A stretch of DNA of 64,000 nucleotides from an uncultured Bacilli bacterium (GCA_944329445.1 CALVIH010000003.1:5338-69337), one strand, 5' to 3'. Shown: positions 47,487-58,577, counted from the first letter of the stretch. Made by a program: numbers and translations. Notes: generated by a model not told the origin, from the sequence alone.

Positions 47487-49184
47487 TTATTCACCATCCA
47501 TGATATCTTCTATCCTAGATAATGCATCGTATAAAGAGACCTCTTCAAAATCATCTTTTTTTCTTTGTTTTATTTCCACTATCTGATCTTTAATTTTGTT
47601 ACCAACCGTAATCCTAATTGGAATTCCAATTAAGTCCATGTCGTTAAATTTAACCCCAACCCTTTCTTCCCGATCGTCTAATATGGTAGATATTTTTGAG
47701 TTTCTTAAAGCATCGTATAAATAATTAGCGGCATCCGTTTGCGCTTCATCATTAGTAGATACAACAACTATCGAAACCTTAAACGGGGCGATTTCCATCG
47801 GCCAAATTATTCCTTTATCATCGTGATGTTGTTCGACAACCGCAGCCATGCACCTACCTATTCCTATGCCATAGCATCCCATCCAAACAGGAAGACTCTC
47901 GTTTTCTTTACTAAGGTAATTAAGGCCTAAATTCTCTGAGTACTTGGTTCCAAGTTTAAACGTGTTACCAATTTCGATACCGTTTTTAAAATTTAAACTC
48001 TTACCACAATTCGGGCAACGGTCATTTTCGGTTATGTTTCTTATGTCTCCAGTTAAAACGTAATTAAAATCTTCTAAATTTACGTTTTTAAAATGATAAT
48101 CGGTTTTATTTGCTCCAACGATAAAATTTCGCATGTTCATAACTTCGTTATCCATTATTACCGGAACACTAAGTCCAACTGGCCCAGCAAATCCTATAGC
48201 CGCTCCGGTTACATCTTCAACTTCTTCGACACTAGCTAGACATACTTCGCTAGCATTTAAAAGTTTTTTTAACTTTGATTCGTTTACTTCCATGTTACCT
48301 TTTACTAACACACCATAAAATTGGCCATCAATTTTGTAAATTAACGTTTTAACAAAACGATCTTTGTCCTCTTCTAAATACTTAGATACTTCTTCTATCG
48401 TACCTGCTGAAGGGGTTTTAACTAACTCCCTTATTTTTAGTTCTTCATCACTTTTTTCGGTTAATAAAGTGCATTTAGCAACATCACTGTTAGCAGCGTA
48501 ACCACAATGATCACAAATAACCAATTTATCTTCACCAATATCAGTTATCGCTTGAAATTCCTCAGATAAAAGTCCACCCATAGCACCAGTATCCGATTTA
48601 ACAATTTTATAATCAATACCAAGCCTAGTAAAGATTTTTTTATATGCGTTATACATATCATTATACGAGTCATTAAGGCCTTTTTCATCCATATCAAATG
48701 AATATGCATCTTTCATTAAAAATTCCCTTACCCTAATAAGTCCATAACGGCACCTTGGTTCATCTCTAAATTTATCTTGAATTTGGTAAATACTAAAAGG
48801 AAGATCTTTATATGATTTAACCTTTGCCTGGGCTGCAATGGTAAATAACTCTTCATGGGTAGGAGCTAAAACATAATCTTTATCAAAACGATCTTTTAGA
48901 GAAAACATATCCTTACCAAATGCATCTCTTCTACCAGAAGTTTCATATATTTCTTCTGGGATTAACGCCGGCATTAATAACTCACCAGCATCAATACTTT
49001 CCATTTCTTCTCTTATTATTTTTTCTATGTTTTTCATAACTTTATATCCAAGTGGAAGATACATGTACACACCTGATGAACTTTTCTTTATCATTCCACA
49101 CCTGGTTAGTAAGTTCCCGCTTGACGACTCTTCGTCTTTGGCATCTTCTCTTAAAGTATAAAAATAACTATGTTTAAGTTTCAT
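47487..49184 (-). CDS. proS: Proline--tRNA ligase (bacterial type with INS editing domain)
   Basis: 565 aa. Class II motifs (FRDEPRCRYGLIRVREF, GCYGIGIGR); insertion domain present. Confidence 0.95.
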   Translation of the reverse strand: MKLKHSYFYTLREDAKDEESSSGNLLTRCGMIKKSSSGVYMYLPLGYKVMKNIEKIIREEMESIDAGELLMPALIPEEIYETSGRRDAFGKDMFSLKDRFDKDYVLAPTHEELFTIAAQAKVKSYKDLPFSIYQIQDKFRDEPRCRYGLIRVREFLMKDAYSFDMDEKGLNDSYNDMYNAYKKIFTRLGIDYKIVKSDTGAMGGLLSEEFQAITDIGEDKLVICDHCGYAANSDVAKCTLLTEKSDEELKIRELVKTPSAGTIEEVSKYLEEDKDRFVKTLIYKIDGQFYGVLVKGNMEVNESKLKKLLNASEVCLASVEEVEDVTGAAIGFAGPVGLSVPVIMDNEVMNMRNFIVGANKTDYHFKNVNLEDFNYVLTGDIRNITENDRCPNCGKSLNFKNGIEIGNTFKLGTKYSENLGLNYLSKENESLPVWMGCYGIGIGRCMAAVVEQHHDDKGIIWPMEIAPFKVSIVVVSTNDEAQTDAANYLYDALRNSKISTILDDREERVGVKFNDMDLIGIPIRITVGNKIKDQIVEIKQRKKDDFEEVSLYDALSRIEDIMDGE

Positions 49185-49253
49185 ATTACTACTCCTTTTT
49201 CAAAATAAAGTATATATCAAATTTTGATTTTATGCAATAAAAAAGGATACACT

Positions 49254-49661
49254 TTAGTGTTCCTTTTTCTTCGCAATACCAGTAACTGGTATTGGTGCAT
49301 CCTCATCCTTCATAGAAATAGCTGGATATTTTTCTCTAAATGCATTATAATTTGATACCCAAACTAATAATTTAACTCCCTCATTAGTTGGACAATACCT
49401 AACTACCATTGGGTTAAGTGTTATTAAAAACGAGATCGTGTTTTTAACATCAAACAATTCTACTCCCTTTTCAACGGCTGATGTTTCTATTCCAGCATAA
49501 TCAATTAAAACCTTACTATCAGATACTAAACTTATTTCATCATCAATAAGTTCCATAACCGCTTCATCAGGTCCAAACTTCTTTGATGGTGAAACCATAT
49601 TATTAAGAGTCTTTTGTTTTCCTTGAGTTCCTGAAATAGTTTTTATACAATCCATTATCAT
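49254..49661 (-). CDS. Hypothetical protein downstream of valS
   Basis: AGGTGG RBS. No known domain. Confidence 0.5.
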   Translation of the reverse strand: MIMDCIKTISGTQGKQKTLNNMVSPSKKFGPDEAVMELIDDEISLVSDSKVLIDYAGIETSAVEKGVELFDVKNTISFLITLNPMVVRYCPTNEGVKLLVWVSNYNAFREKYPAISMKDEDAPIPVTGIAKKKEH

Positions 49662-49682
49662 CCAAAACCACCTGTCCTTTTT

Positions 49683-52241
49683 CTATTTTAATTTATCTAA
49701 AACAATTTTTAATTTACTTTCTTCATCCGCAAGTTTTTCTCTTTCCTGCTTAACAACCATTTGCGGAGCATTATTTACGTATCTTTCGTTAGACAAAAGT
49801 TTTTTTCTTCTTTCAATGCTTTCCTCCAACTGTTTACGCTCTTTTTCTAAGCTTTCTATGTCTTCTTTTGAATTTTCTTTAGCTTCGTAACATAAGGTTA
49901 CTTTACCATACGAGAATACCACATCAAACATAGTAGCTCCTTCAAAGGAAGATAGTATGATATCACATTTTAAAAGTCTTGTCAACACATCTTTATTATT
50001 ATCTATTATGTATTTATTATCCTCACCTAAATCATTAATTATACCAAATCCCTTTGGCACGTTATTTTCAGCCTTAGCATTACGAATTCCTTTTATAATT
50101 TCAGTTAATGCATCTATTTCTTTTTCTGCATCAACATAAATACCATTAACATCATATACCGGATAACCAGATAAAATTATGCTTTTTGCGTCTTTAATCG
50201 GAAGGGAATCATATATCTCATCGGTTACGTAAGGCATGAACGGATGAAGCATTTTAATTATATTAGTTAAAACCAATGTTAAAGTAGATTTGGTGGATAC
50301 ATTATCAATTGAAACCTTACTATATTCTATGTAGACATCACAAAAATCTTCCCAAATAAATTTATATAATTCATTGCCAACCAGGTTGAAGTCATATTTG
50401 TCCATGTTTGTTCTTACGTTTTTAATGGTCTTATTAAGCTTGGTTAAAATCCATTTATCACTAGAAGTTAAACCGCTTAAATTAATTTCTTTTAGATCTT
50501 CAGTATTCATTAAAACATACCTGGATGCATTCCATATCTTATTAATAAAGTTCCAAGTTGCTTTAACTTTATCTTCATCATATCTTAAGTCTTGTCCTGG
50601 TGCTGAATTAGTCGTTAAAAACCAACGTAAGGAATCTGCTCCATACGTATCTATAACATTCATAGGATCAACACCATTACCTAGGGATTTAGACATTTTT
50701 CTTCCTTCTTTATCACGAATAAGCCCGTGTATTAAGCAATCTTTAAAAGGTCTTTTTCCAGTAAACTCTAAAGATTGGAACACCATTCTACATACCCAGA
50801 AGAAAATGATATCATAACCCGTAACTAGCACGTCATTAGGAAAATATCTTTCTAAATCTGGTGTCTTATCTGGCCAACCTAAAGTACTAAACGGCCATAA
50901 GGCACTTGAAAACCAAGTGTCTAAAACATCTTCATCTTGTTTCCAACCATCACCTTTTGGTGGTTCCACTCCTACATATACCTCATCATTTTTATACCAC
51001 GCTGGAATTCTGTGCCCCCACCATAGTTGTCTTGAAATACACCAATCATGACAATCACTCATCCAGTTTATAAGTATTTTTTCAAATCTTTCCGGTATAA
51101 AGTTAACCTTCTTATTATTATCTTTTTGATTTTCTAAAACATGTTTAGATAGTTCTTTCATATTAACGAACCATTGTTTAGATAAATATGGTTCAACCAT
51201 AACACCAGTTCTTTCGGAATGCCCAACGTTATGAGTCATCTTTTCTATTTTAATTAATAAATCAGCCTCTTTTAAGTCTTTAATTAAAGCTTGTCTACAC
51301 TCATACCTATCCATACCATTATACTTACCGGCATTTTCATTCATGGTAGCATCTTCGTTCATGACAACTACCCTTTGTAAGTTATGACGATTACCTACTT
51401 CAAAGTCGTTAGGATCATGAGCCGGAGTTATTTTAACAACTCCTGTACCAAACTCTGGATCAGCGTGTTCATCACCAACAATTGGAATCGGCTTATTAAC
51501 AATCGGCAAAATAACGTTTTTACCAATTAACTTGTTATATCTTTCATCGTTTTGATTAACCGCAACCGCAGTATCACCAAACAATGTTTCAGGCCTTGTT
51601 GTAGCGACCTCTAAATAATCATCAGTGCCTTCAATAAAGTACTTAATGTGATAGAAGGCTCCCTCTACGTCTTTATAGATAACCTCTTCGTTTGATAAAG
51701 CGGTTTTCTGGACAGGATCCCAGTTAATTATACGTTCTCCCCGATAAATCCATCCTTTGTTATATAAATCAACGAAGACCTTCGTAACGGCTTTATTAAG
51801 ACCTTCATCAAGAGTAAATCTTTCCCTTGAATAATCTAATGCAAGCCCAAGTTTTCCCCATTGCTCTCTTATTGTCTTGGCATATTCTTCTTTCCATTCC
51901 CAAGCTTTTTCTAAGAAACCATCACGACCTAAATCTCTTTTGTTAATACCTTGAGATTTTAATCTATCAACAACTTTAACCTCGGTTGCTATCGCGGCAT
52001 GATCCATACCAGGAAGCCACAAAGCATCATATCCATCCATTTTTTTATAACGAATTATGATATCTTGTAAGGTGGTATCCCATGCGTGTCCTAAGTGAAG
52101 TTTACCAGTTACGTTAGGTGGTGGTATAACTATTGAGAAAGCTTCCTTCGTTAAATCTCCAGCCTTAAAATAGTTATGTTTTAACCATTTTTCATATTTT
52201 CCTTCTTCTACCTCTTTATGATTATATTTCTTTTCCAACAT
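49683..52241 (-). CDS. valS: Valine--tRNA ligase
   Basis: HIGH ([10 protein letters not shown]), KMSKS, C-terminal coiled coil. Confidence 0.97.
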   Translation of the reverse strand: MLEKKYNHKEVEEGKYEKWLKHNYFKAGDLTKEAFSIVIPPPNVTGKLHLGHAWDTTLQDIIIRYKKMDGYDALWLPGMDHAAIATEVKVVDRLKSQGINKRDLGRDGFLEKAWEWKEEYAKTIREQWGKLGLALDYSRERFTLDEGLNKAVTKVFVDLYNKGWIYRGERIINWDPVQKTALSNEEVIYKDVEGAFYHIKYFIEGTDDYLEVATTRPETLFGDTAVAVNQNDERYNKLIGKNVILPIVNKPIPIVGDEHADPEFGTGVVKITPAHDPNDFEVGNRHNLQRVVVMNEDATMNENAGKYNGMDRYECRQALIKDLKEADLLIKIEKMTHNVGHSERTGVMVEPYLSKQWFVNMKELSKHVLENQKDNNKKVNFIPERFEKILINWMSDCHDWCISRQLWWGHRIPAWYKNDEVYVGVEPPKGDGWKQDEDVLDTWFSSALWPFSTLGWPDKTPDLERYFPNDVLVTGYDIIFFWVCRMVFQSLEFTGKRPFKDCLIHGLIRDKEGRKMSKSLGNGVDPMNVIDTYGADSLRWFLTTNSAPGQDLRYDEDKVKATWNFINKIWNASRYVLMNTEDLKEINLSGLTSSDKWILTKLNKTIKNVRTNMDKYDFNLVGNELYKFIWEDFCDVYIEYSKVSIDNVSTKSTLTLVLTNIIKMLHPFMPYVTDEIYDSLPIKDAKSIILSGYPVYDVNGIYVDAEKEIDALTEIIKGIRNAKAENNVPKGFGIINDLGEDNKYIIDNNKDVLTRLLKCDIILSSFEGATMFDVVFSYGKVTLCYEAKENSKEDIESLEKERKQLEESIERRKKLLSNERYVNNAPQMVVKQEREKLADEESKLKIVLDKLK

Positions 52242-52755
52242 TTTTATTTTCTCCCTTCTTTAAATCTATATCATTATCTTTATAAAACTTATAATTACTA
52301 AAATAATCTTTTAGGATTTTGGTTCTTTCTTCAACACTCGATGAAAAAGTATCAACACCATCATAGTCTCCCGTTTCGTCAACCTTAATTAAACTATATT
52401 TTTCTTTAAAAATGTTTGCTAAATCCTTCTTGTTTTTCTTTAGCCAATTAATTTGGTCAGGGGTAATTTTTAATACGTCCTTTGGTACATAAAATGATGT
52501 ATAACAATCACCACCAGTAGTTATTTCTATAATAATACAACCTTGTGATACCAGCTCTAATGCGTAATTAAACGACATTTCATCTTTAAAAACAGATTTA
52601 CTAACCTTAAAATCTTTATATTTATTACAAAAATTCCTAATTCCGTAAATATGAAATTGGTTCAAATCTTTATCAAGCGGAAAAACACTTTCTATTTCAC
52701 CATTTATTTCTTTTGGCATAACAATTATACTAGATCCAAGACTTCCTATTAACAT
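52222..52755 (-). CDS. Hypothetical protein, first gene of the T-box-controlled valS operon
   Basis: AAAGGAAGTGA RBS. Its 3' end overlaps the valS start by 20 nt. No known domain. Confidence 0.55.
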   Translation of the reverse strand: MLIGSLGSSIIVMPKEINGEIESVFPLDKDLNQFHIYGIRNFCNKYKDFKVSKSVFKDEMSFNYALELVSQGCIIIEITTGGDCYTSFYVPKDVLKITPDQINWLKKNKKDLANIFKEKYSLIKVDETGDYDGVDTFSSSVEERTKILKDYFSNYKFYKDNDIDLKKGENKNVGKEI

Positions 52756-52799
52756 ACAATCACTTCCTTTCTTATAGTTATGGTGCTTTCTTCTTTAAA

Positions 52800-53048
52800 T
52801 ATGTTATTTCGTAAATAAAAACGCTCATCCAAACAAAGGATGAACGTTCGTCCACGGTACCACCTTAATTCATATCAAAAAGATATGCAACTTATTACCT
52901 TAACGCGGTACACGCAATTACTTACTATCATTTCAATAATTGAGCTCCAAAGCTACCTTCAACCATCCTTCACGCAAACTTACACCAACCATCTGCTCTC
53001 TATGGTAAATAAATGATTTACTCCTCTTTTTCATCGCTTTAAAAAGTA
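52800..53048 (-). promoter_or_regulatory. T-box leader (Val)
   Basis: Minus strand: GA/K-turn region (GCGAUGA), AGAGAG box, distal GGUUGGUG, and Val codons GUG-A and GUA-G on the 3' side of Stem I. T-box AAGGUGGUACCGUGG at 52852-52866. Terminator AACGUUCAUCC/GGAUGAGCGUU plus U5 at 52812-52848. Confidence 0.85.
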
Positions 53049-53055
53049 TATTTGT

Positions 53056-53084
53056 AGTATATCAAAAAAATTATTAATAATCAA
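53056..53084 (-). promoter_or_regulatory. Sigma-A promoter of the Val T-box leader
   Basis: Minus strand: TTGATT, 17 nt spacer, TATACT. Confidence 0.5.
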
Positions 53085-53088
53085 TAAA

Positions 53089-53532
53089 TTATTCATAAGC
53101 GTTAAAAAGTTGTATCCTATCTAAAGAATCTTCGGTAATAGTATCCGTTACGTCTATTCCTATCGAATCATTAATCACGATACCATCACAACTATTTCCA
53201 TTACACCTAACCCTAATGTTATTGTTATCATCCTTACAAGATGATAAAGTGCCATTATCGTTATTACAAAAATCTTTAGGCCAATACATTGTTCCGTACC
53301 TACTATTTATTTTTACTATTATGTCCAACGTATTCCAGTTATTTGCATCTCCACCTTCAACTTTTACTAATTTTGCATCTAATTTGGTCCCGTTTATTAA
53401 ATCGTCGTTAGCTTTCCCAATCAAACTACTAGATGATGAAAACTGTGCTAGTGCTGCTCCTAAAAACATTAAAAACGCTATTAAAAGTGTATATAAAACA
53501 GTTGTTACCGCAAACCCCTTATTATTAAGCAT
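53089..53532 (-). CDS. ComGG-like pseudopilin lacking Glu+5, Cys-rich C-terminus
   Basis: ATG at 53532 after AGGAGTGA. NKG|FAVTTVLYTLLIAFLMFLGAALAQF resembles B. subtilis ComGG (RG|FIYPAVLFV...VAAQY). Confidence 0.6.
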   Translation of the reverse strand: MLNNKGFAVTTVLYTLLIAFLMFLGAALAQFSSSSSLIGKANDDLINGTKLDAKLVKVEGGDANNWNTLDIIVKINSRYGTMYWPKDFCNNDNGTLSSCKDDNNNIRVRCNGNSCDGIVINDSIGIDVTDTITEDSLDRIQLFNAYE

Positions 53533-53652
53533 AAGAATCACTCCTATTCTTAATATATAATAACATCTTTTAGTTAAAAAAACCATATTTTTATAAAAAT
53601 ATGGTTAGCAAATTAACTTTTATATACATATAATAAAGTAAAGGTGATTATC

Positions 53653-53841
53653 ATGCGTCCAAACAATTTCTTTTTTGGTGGTTTAACTAAATATGTTATT
53701 CTTGTGGTTGTTTTCTGTGTAATTACTTTTTATCAAGCCATCCTTGCGTTAATTCTTTGTGCTCGCTTTCACGTGTTTTTGTTATTCGTAGACCTTGTCA
53801 TTTTGTTCTTTGGTATTTTTTGCCTCATTTTCCATAAATAA
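53653..53841 (+). CDS. Possible 62-aa two-TM peptide (uncertain)
   Basis: AAAGGTGA RBS 5 nt before the ATG at 53653. The last 60 nt overlap the convergent CotS-family gene. Confidence 0.25.
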   Translation: MRPNNFFFGGLTKYVILVVVFCVITFYQAILALILCARFHVFLLFVDLVILFFGIFCLIFHK

Positions 53842-54705
53842 TATATCCGTAGTTACTAAGTAATTACAAAGTTTAGATACATTAATAGTTTGTTTCATCT
53901 CTGATGTATTAAAATCAAGTTTAGGTGGTATAAAAAGAATAATAAATAAGAGTTTTCTTTCTTCTTTGGTAAGTGGAAACCTTTTTGTGTATTCTTTATA
54001 TAGATGATTGAAATCATACTTGTCATAATTATTTTTATATAATCTTATAAAATCATAAATCGGTAGATCCCTAACCGATTTATCCCAACTTATAAGCACG
54101 TTCTCATCAGACCTTATTAAATGTTCGGGTGATAAATCATTATGTAATAAAACCACCCTTTTTTTTAACTTATTCTTCATAATATCATACCACTCATCTA
54201 ACTGCCTTTTACAAAAATTAAGACAAGAAAAAATTTGAGAGCAATTTCTTGCTAACATATAATTACTAGGAGACATATATATTTCTCCTTCTATCATGGT
54301 AATGATATCATCATAATAACTATACGTATTATCGATTTTAAAGCCTAAGTTTTCGTACACCTCTTTAATTTCATCAAGGGTGATATCCTTGTAATAAACC
54401 GTCTTATTATGAAGAAGAGCATCCATTTTTACAAGGTCGCTCATCTTTTGTTCTTTTGGTGTTGGGTTGTCGTTAACATATTCATAAACATAAACATCGT
54501 CATCGGCATATGCTAATCTAGGTAAGTACCCAAACCCTCTCGAGTTTAAATAATTATAGGTTTGTAATATGTTGCAATTATTTTGTTTAACTACGTATTT
54601 TTTATTCTTATTATCCATGTAAATAATTGCTTTTTTATAAAATTCATATCTTCTAACGCAAGGGCATAAATCCTTTACTTTCTTTTTTAATCTACTATTA
54701 TTCAT
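53782..54705 (-). CDS. CotS/YsxE-family spore coat kinase-like protein
   Basis: Phosphotransferase-fold motif LLHNDLSPEHLI. ATGA coupling to the upstream spoVID-like gene, as in B. subtilis spoVID-ysxE. Confidence 0.7.
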   Translation of the reverse strand: MNNSRLKKKVKDLCPCVRRYEFYKKAIIYMDNKNKKYVVKQNNCNILQTYNYLNSRGFGYLPRLAYADDDVYVYEYVNDNPTPKEQKMSDLVKMDALLHNKTVYYKDITLDEIKEVYENLGFKIDNTYSYYDDIITMIEGEIYMSPSNYMLARNCSQIFSCLNFCKRQLDEWYDIMKNKLKKRVVLLHNDLSPEHLIRSDENVLISWDKSVRDLPIYDFIRLYKNNYDKYDFNHLYKEYTKRFPLTKEERKLLFIILFIPPKLDFNTSEMKQTINVSKLCNYLVTTDILFMENEAKNTKEQNDKVYE

Positions 54706-55445
54706 TTATTAGACGGAATTATTAACTTGGTCCCTAAAACTATATTTTCAAGATCGTTATACTTTGCTAGTTCTTCATCGGTTACTTCGTACTTCTCTTT
54801 TATTTGTTCAACGGTTTCGTTATCCCTTACGATATGAACTTTATAACACACATATTTTTCTTCACTGTTAAGAAAACCAGAAGATAAATTGTTTACCAAG
54901 TTTTGATTTCTCTCAGAGTCAACATCAGTTGCGTTCTCTTCTTTGTTTTCTATATCTTCAGTTACCGTTACCTCTTTTTCCTCTTTATTCATTTCGCGTT
55001 CATCACCTCTATTAATATTTTCTTTTGAAATAGGTTCATCCTTTATTTTATCAGCAAAAACAACGTTAGTTATTTCTTCTGTTTCTAATTCTTCTTTAGG
55101 CTTTTCAGTTTCTTTTTTTAAATAAACTAAATTATTTACCATAACATCAATATGAACCCTTAAATATTCATCATTTATTATTTCATAATAAAAATCATCT
55201 ATATCTATTTGCACCTTGCTAGCATCATACTTATCATCCAAAGTTATATCAAAAGGTACAACCTTTTCAAACACCTCTTCATTTACACTAATATCATTGA
55301 TTTTGTATTTTCCACTAATGGTAAAACTACCAACGATGGAATCGTCATTTTCCATCGAAAGATTATGTTCTAGCGCAATACTTGTTATCTCTGATATTTT
55401 AGTTGATAAACTTAGATCTTTAACAAAAGGAATTATTTGTTTCAT
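54702..55445 (-). CDS. spoVID: SpoVID-like spore coat morphogenetic protein with C-terminal LysM domain
   Basis: N-terminal domain (IPFVKDLSL...ISEITSIALEHNLS...VGSFTISGKY), acidic centre, LysM (YKVHIVRDNETVEQIKEKYEVTDEELAKYNDL...GTKLIIP). Confidence 0.65.
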   Translation of the reverse strand: MKQIIPFVKDLSLSTKISEITSIALEHNLSMENDDSIVGSFTISGKYKINDISVNEEVFEKVVPFDITLDDKYDASKVQIDIDDFYYEIINDEYLRVHIDVMVNNLVYLKKETEKPKEELETEEITNVVFADKIKDEPISKENINRGDEREMNKEEKEVTVTEDIENKEENATDVDSERNQNLVNNLSSGFLNSEEKYVCYKVHIVRDNETVEQIKEKYEVTDEELAKYNDLENIVLGTKLIIPSNK

Positions 55446-55494
55446 ATACTCATCTCCATTCTGTTAAAATCTATGCAAAAAAAATAAGAAAATG

Positions 55495-57831
55495 TTAATT
55501 TTTCTTATTTTTTTTAAATATTTCATCATATATTTCACCATAGTTATCAACCATTATTATATTTAGTTTATTTCTTACTTCTTTTGGTATGTCATCTATG
55601 TCCGGTTCATTTTTCTTAGGTATTATTATGGTTTTTACGCCAGCGGCATATGCACCGATGGATTTTTCCTTTAAACCACCGATAGGAAGTACTTTACCAG
55701 TTAAAGTCATCTCACCGGTCATGGCATAACTTTCAGGAACTACCTTGTTAGTTAAACTACTTATTATTGCGGTAGTAAGTGCCGTTCCAGCAGAAGGACC
55801 ATCTTTTTTTATTGCCGTTTCGATAGCGTTGATGTGAATACACGTGTTTTCAAGCTTTGTTAAATCTATTTTGTATTTTTTAGCATTACTTTTTATATGA
55901 CCTAACGCTATCATGGCACTTTCTTTCATTACGTCTCCTAAGTTTCCTGTTAACTTAACATTATCACTAGATTCATAAGTTACCACTTCAATAGGTAAAA
56001 TATCCCCGCCAAAACTAGTATACGCAAGGCCATTTACAACTCCAGGTACCCCGCATGTAAGAAAACTATTATTTTCAAATTTCGGTTTACCCAAATAATC
56101 CAAAAGCTTTTTGTCAGTTACCTTTACGTTGATGGTATCCTTCTTATCTTCAATCATCTTTTTTACATATTTTCTAACAACTTTATTAATAACCCTCTCA
56201 AGTTCACGTACGCCAGCTTCTTTTGTGTAATTCCTAATCATTGTTAAAATAATATCATCAGAAAACCTTATGTTTTCCTTTTCTAAGGCGTATTCTTTAC
56301 ATGCAAGTGGAATTAAATGTTCTTTTGCAATAAATAACTTCTCATACTCGGTGTAACTAGATAAATTAATTATTTCTAATCTATCTTTTAGTTCGGTTGG
56401 TATTTGATCAGCGTAGTTAGCTGTTAAAATAAACATGATCTTTGATAAATCATATGGTTCTTCAACGTAATTATCATAAAACTTATCATTTTGTTCTGGG
56501 TCTAATACCTCTAGCAAGCTACTTGCTGGATCTCCTTTAATATCCTTGGTCATTTTATCTACTTCATCAATCAAAAAGACCGGGTTGTTAGATCCACATT
56601 TCTTAAGGGCATTTATTATTCTACCTGGATTAGCACCCATGTAAGTTCTTCGGTGTCCAATTATCTCAGCTGGATCATTTACCCCACCAACCGATATTTT
56701 AACAAACTTTCTGTTCATTGCGTCCGCGATTGATTTAGCAAGTGATGTTTTTCCGACTCCGGGAGGACCTACCAAACAAATTATAGGGGCCTTATTTGAA
56801 ACGCTTCTTTTCTTTACCGCTAGATATTCAATTATTCTTTCTTTTATGTCATCAAGCCCGTAATGAGACGAGTCCAAAACGCTTTTCACATTATTTAAGT
56901 CGGTGTTATCTTTGGTAGTATTATTCCATGGTAAACTTATTAATACGTCAATGTAGTTTCTAATTATTCCAACTTCAGGTGAAGCAGATGGAGTTGCTTC
57001 ATATTTTTTTAATTCTTTTTCTAACTTTTTAGTAATACTTTTTGGACATTTTAATTTCTTTATTTTTTCTTTTAATTCTTCTACTTCATCATCCTTAGAA
57101 GATATATCCCCGAGCTCTTCTTTAATAAGTCTTATTTTTTCTCTTAATATAAACTCGGTTTGAGTTTTATCCATTTCGTTTTTTAATTTTATATCTAACC
57201 TTTTTTCTATTTCAAAAACATCTAGTTCCTTTTGAATATCCTCAAGGTTCATCATTACCCTTGTATGTGGGTTGACCATCATTAAAAACTCATATTTTCT
57301 TTCAAAACTTATTGGCAAATAATTTGCAACTACGTCCGCTAAACGACTAACGGTCTTTATATCATCAATAACTGATAAAATGCTATTAGATGCGTAAGGA
57401 ACCGTTGTTATATAATTTTCAAGCTCATTTTTTAGCTTTCTAACCAATGCTTCCTCATCTGATGCATCTATTGCGTATCTCGTTGGAGAAGATATGTTAC
57501 CCGCGAAAATACCTTCCTCGTTGTCATATGGCAAAAACTTATTTATAACGGCACGTTTTTGACCTTCAATGGTAACTCTAGTACATCCGTTTGGCAAAAT
57601 GGTTTTCTTAGTTATCTTACCAACAACTCCAAGATTAGGAAGCTTTTTTATCTCAATTCTTTCTTCTAAATAATCAAGGGGAGATACCAAAAGTACGTAT
57701 CCATCATGATTATTAGTCGCAATATCTATAATTTTTGTATCTAATTCATCCATTAAATCTATCTTAAGTTCTGCATAAGGAAGAACGATAATTCCTCTTA
57801 AAAGTATCACTGGTAAATCTGTTTTAGTCAT
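55495..57831 (-). CDS. lon: ATP-dependent Lon protease (LonA)
   Basis: LON N-domain, GPPGVGKTS, protease Ser (KDGPSAGTA). ATG at 57831 after AAGGAG. Confidence 0.96.
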   Translation of the reverse strand: MTKTDLPVILLRGIIVLPYAELKIDLMDELDTKIIDIATNNHDGYVLLVSPLDYLEERIEIKKLPNLGVVGKITKKTILPNGCTRVTIEGQKRAVINKFLPYDNEEGIFAGNISSPTRYAIDASDEEALVRKLKNELENYITTVPYASNSILSVIDDIKTVSRLADVVANYLPISFERKYEFLMMVNPHTRVMMNLEDIQKELDVFEIEKRLDIKLKNEMDKTQTEFILREKIRLIKEELGDISSKDDEVEELKEKIKKLKCPKSITKKLEKELKKYEATPSASPEVGIIRNYIDVLISLPWNNTTKDNTDLNNVKSVLDSSHYGLDDIKERIIEYLAVKKRSVSNKAPIICLVGPPGVGKTSLAKSIADAMNRKFVKISVGGVNDPAEIIGHRRTYMGANPGRIINALKKCGSNNPVFLIDEVDKMTKDIKGDPASSLLEVLDPEQNDKFYDNYVEEPYDLSKIMFILTANYADQIPTELKDRLEIINLSSYTEYEKLFIAKEHLIPLACKEYALEKENIRFSDDIILTMIRNYTKEAGVRELERVINKVVRKYVKKMIEDKKDTINVKVTDKKLLDYLGKPKFENNSFLTCGVPGVVNGLAYTSFGGDILPIEVVTYESSDNVKLTGNLGDVMKESAMIALGHIKSNAKKYKIDLTKLENTCIHINAIETAIKKDGPSAGTALTTAIISSLTNKVVPESYAMTGEMTLTGKVLPIGGLKEKSIGAYAAGVKTIIIPKKNEPDIDDIPKEVRNKLNIIMVDNYGEIYDEIFKKNKKN

Positions 57832-57872
57832 AAAAAAACTCCTTCCATAAGCAAACATAAATTTTACCTTTT

Positions 57873-57900
57873 ATTATAAACTAAGCTCCGTAAAAGTCAA
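57873..57900 (-). promoter_or_regulatory. Near-consensus sigma-A promoter of lon
   Basis: Minus strand: TTGACT, 16 nt spacer, TATAAT. Confidence 0.5.
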
Positions 57901-57981
57901 GATGCTAACATAATTTAGTGGCATAATTTTGTTCATGATTAAATAATAAAAGAATGCCTCATAGCACTCTTTGATAATCAC

Positions 57982-58563
57982 TTAATTCTTTTTAAAAATT
58001 CTATATATTTTACTAACAGCTTCATTCAATTCTAACGTTTCCTCGTGCTTATCTTTGTTATAATCCGTATAGTACAACAAAGTTTTACTATCATAATCAT
58101 ACGAGAAAAAATCATGAGTAACTTTATCTTTAAACGTTTTTTCTACCAATCCTTTATTACCATCAATGATAGCTTCGCTTTTTATTAATGAATCATCTGG
58201 TTGGTTACCAGATATTTGTGTTAGTGTAAGTATTCCTAGATTTAGTACTTCATTTTCTGCATTACAATTTTTACTACGCGGAACTAATAGCAGTCCTCTA
58301 CTTTCACAATCTCCAACTTGATTAACATTAATAGAATTATCATTTTTTATGTTAACCTCAAGCGTACTAGTTTGGCGGTTGTTGTCAAAACAAGAATACG
58401 TTTTGTTATATTTTCCTTCTTTTAAAACCCGATTCCTTTTTGGGTCAATCACACAACACTTACTATAAAAGTCTTTTAAAATTTTTTCATAATAATCACT
58501 TATTTTATTTATCCCCGCACATTTTATTCCCTCGTTTAATACTTCTAATACCGTCCTTGACAT
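57982..58563 (-). CDS. Hypothetical protein between tig and lon
   Basis: GAGGTAG RBS. No known domain. clpX, found between tig and lon in B. subtilis, is not here. Confidence 0.5.
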   Translation of the reverse strand: MSRTVLEVLNEGIKCAGINKISDYYEKILKDFYSKCCVIDPKRNRVLKEGKYNKTYSCFDNNRQTSTLEVNIKNDNSINVNQVGDCESRGLLLVPRSKNCNAENEVLNLGILTLTQISGNQPDDSLIKSEAIIDGNKGLVEKTFKDKVTHDFFSYDYDSKTLLYYTDYNKDKHEETLELNEAVSKIYRIFKKN

Positions 58564-58577
58564 AACTACCTCACAAT

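Noticed and set aside
57900-57975. CIRCE/CtsR-like heat-shock operators upstream of lon (TTAGCATCT...GGAGCTTAG; GAGTGCTA).
   Set aside because: The halves are not inverted repeats of each other at the CIRCE spacing. GAGTGCTA is part of the terminator hairpin of the upstream gene. Only one GTCAA half-site is present for CtsR.
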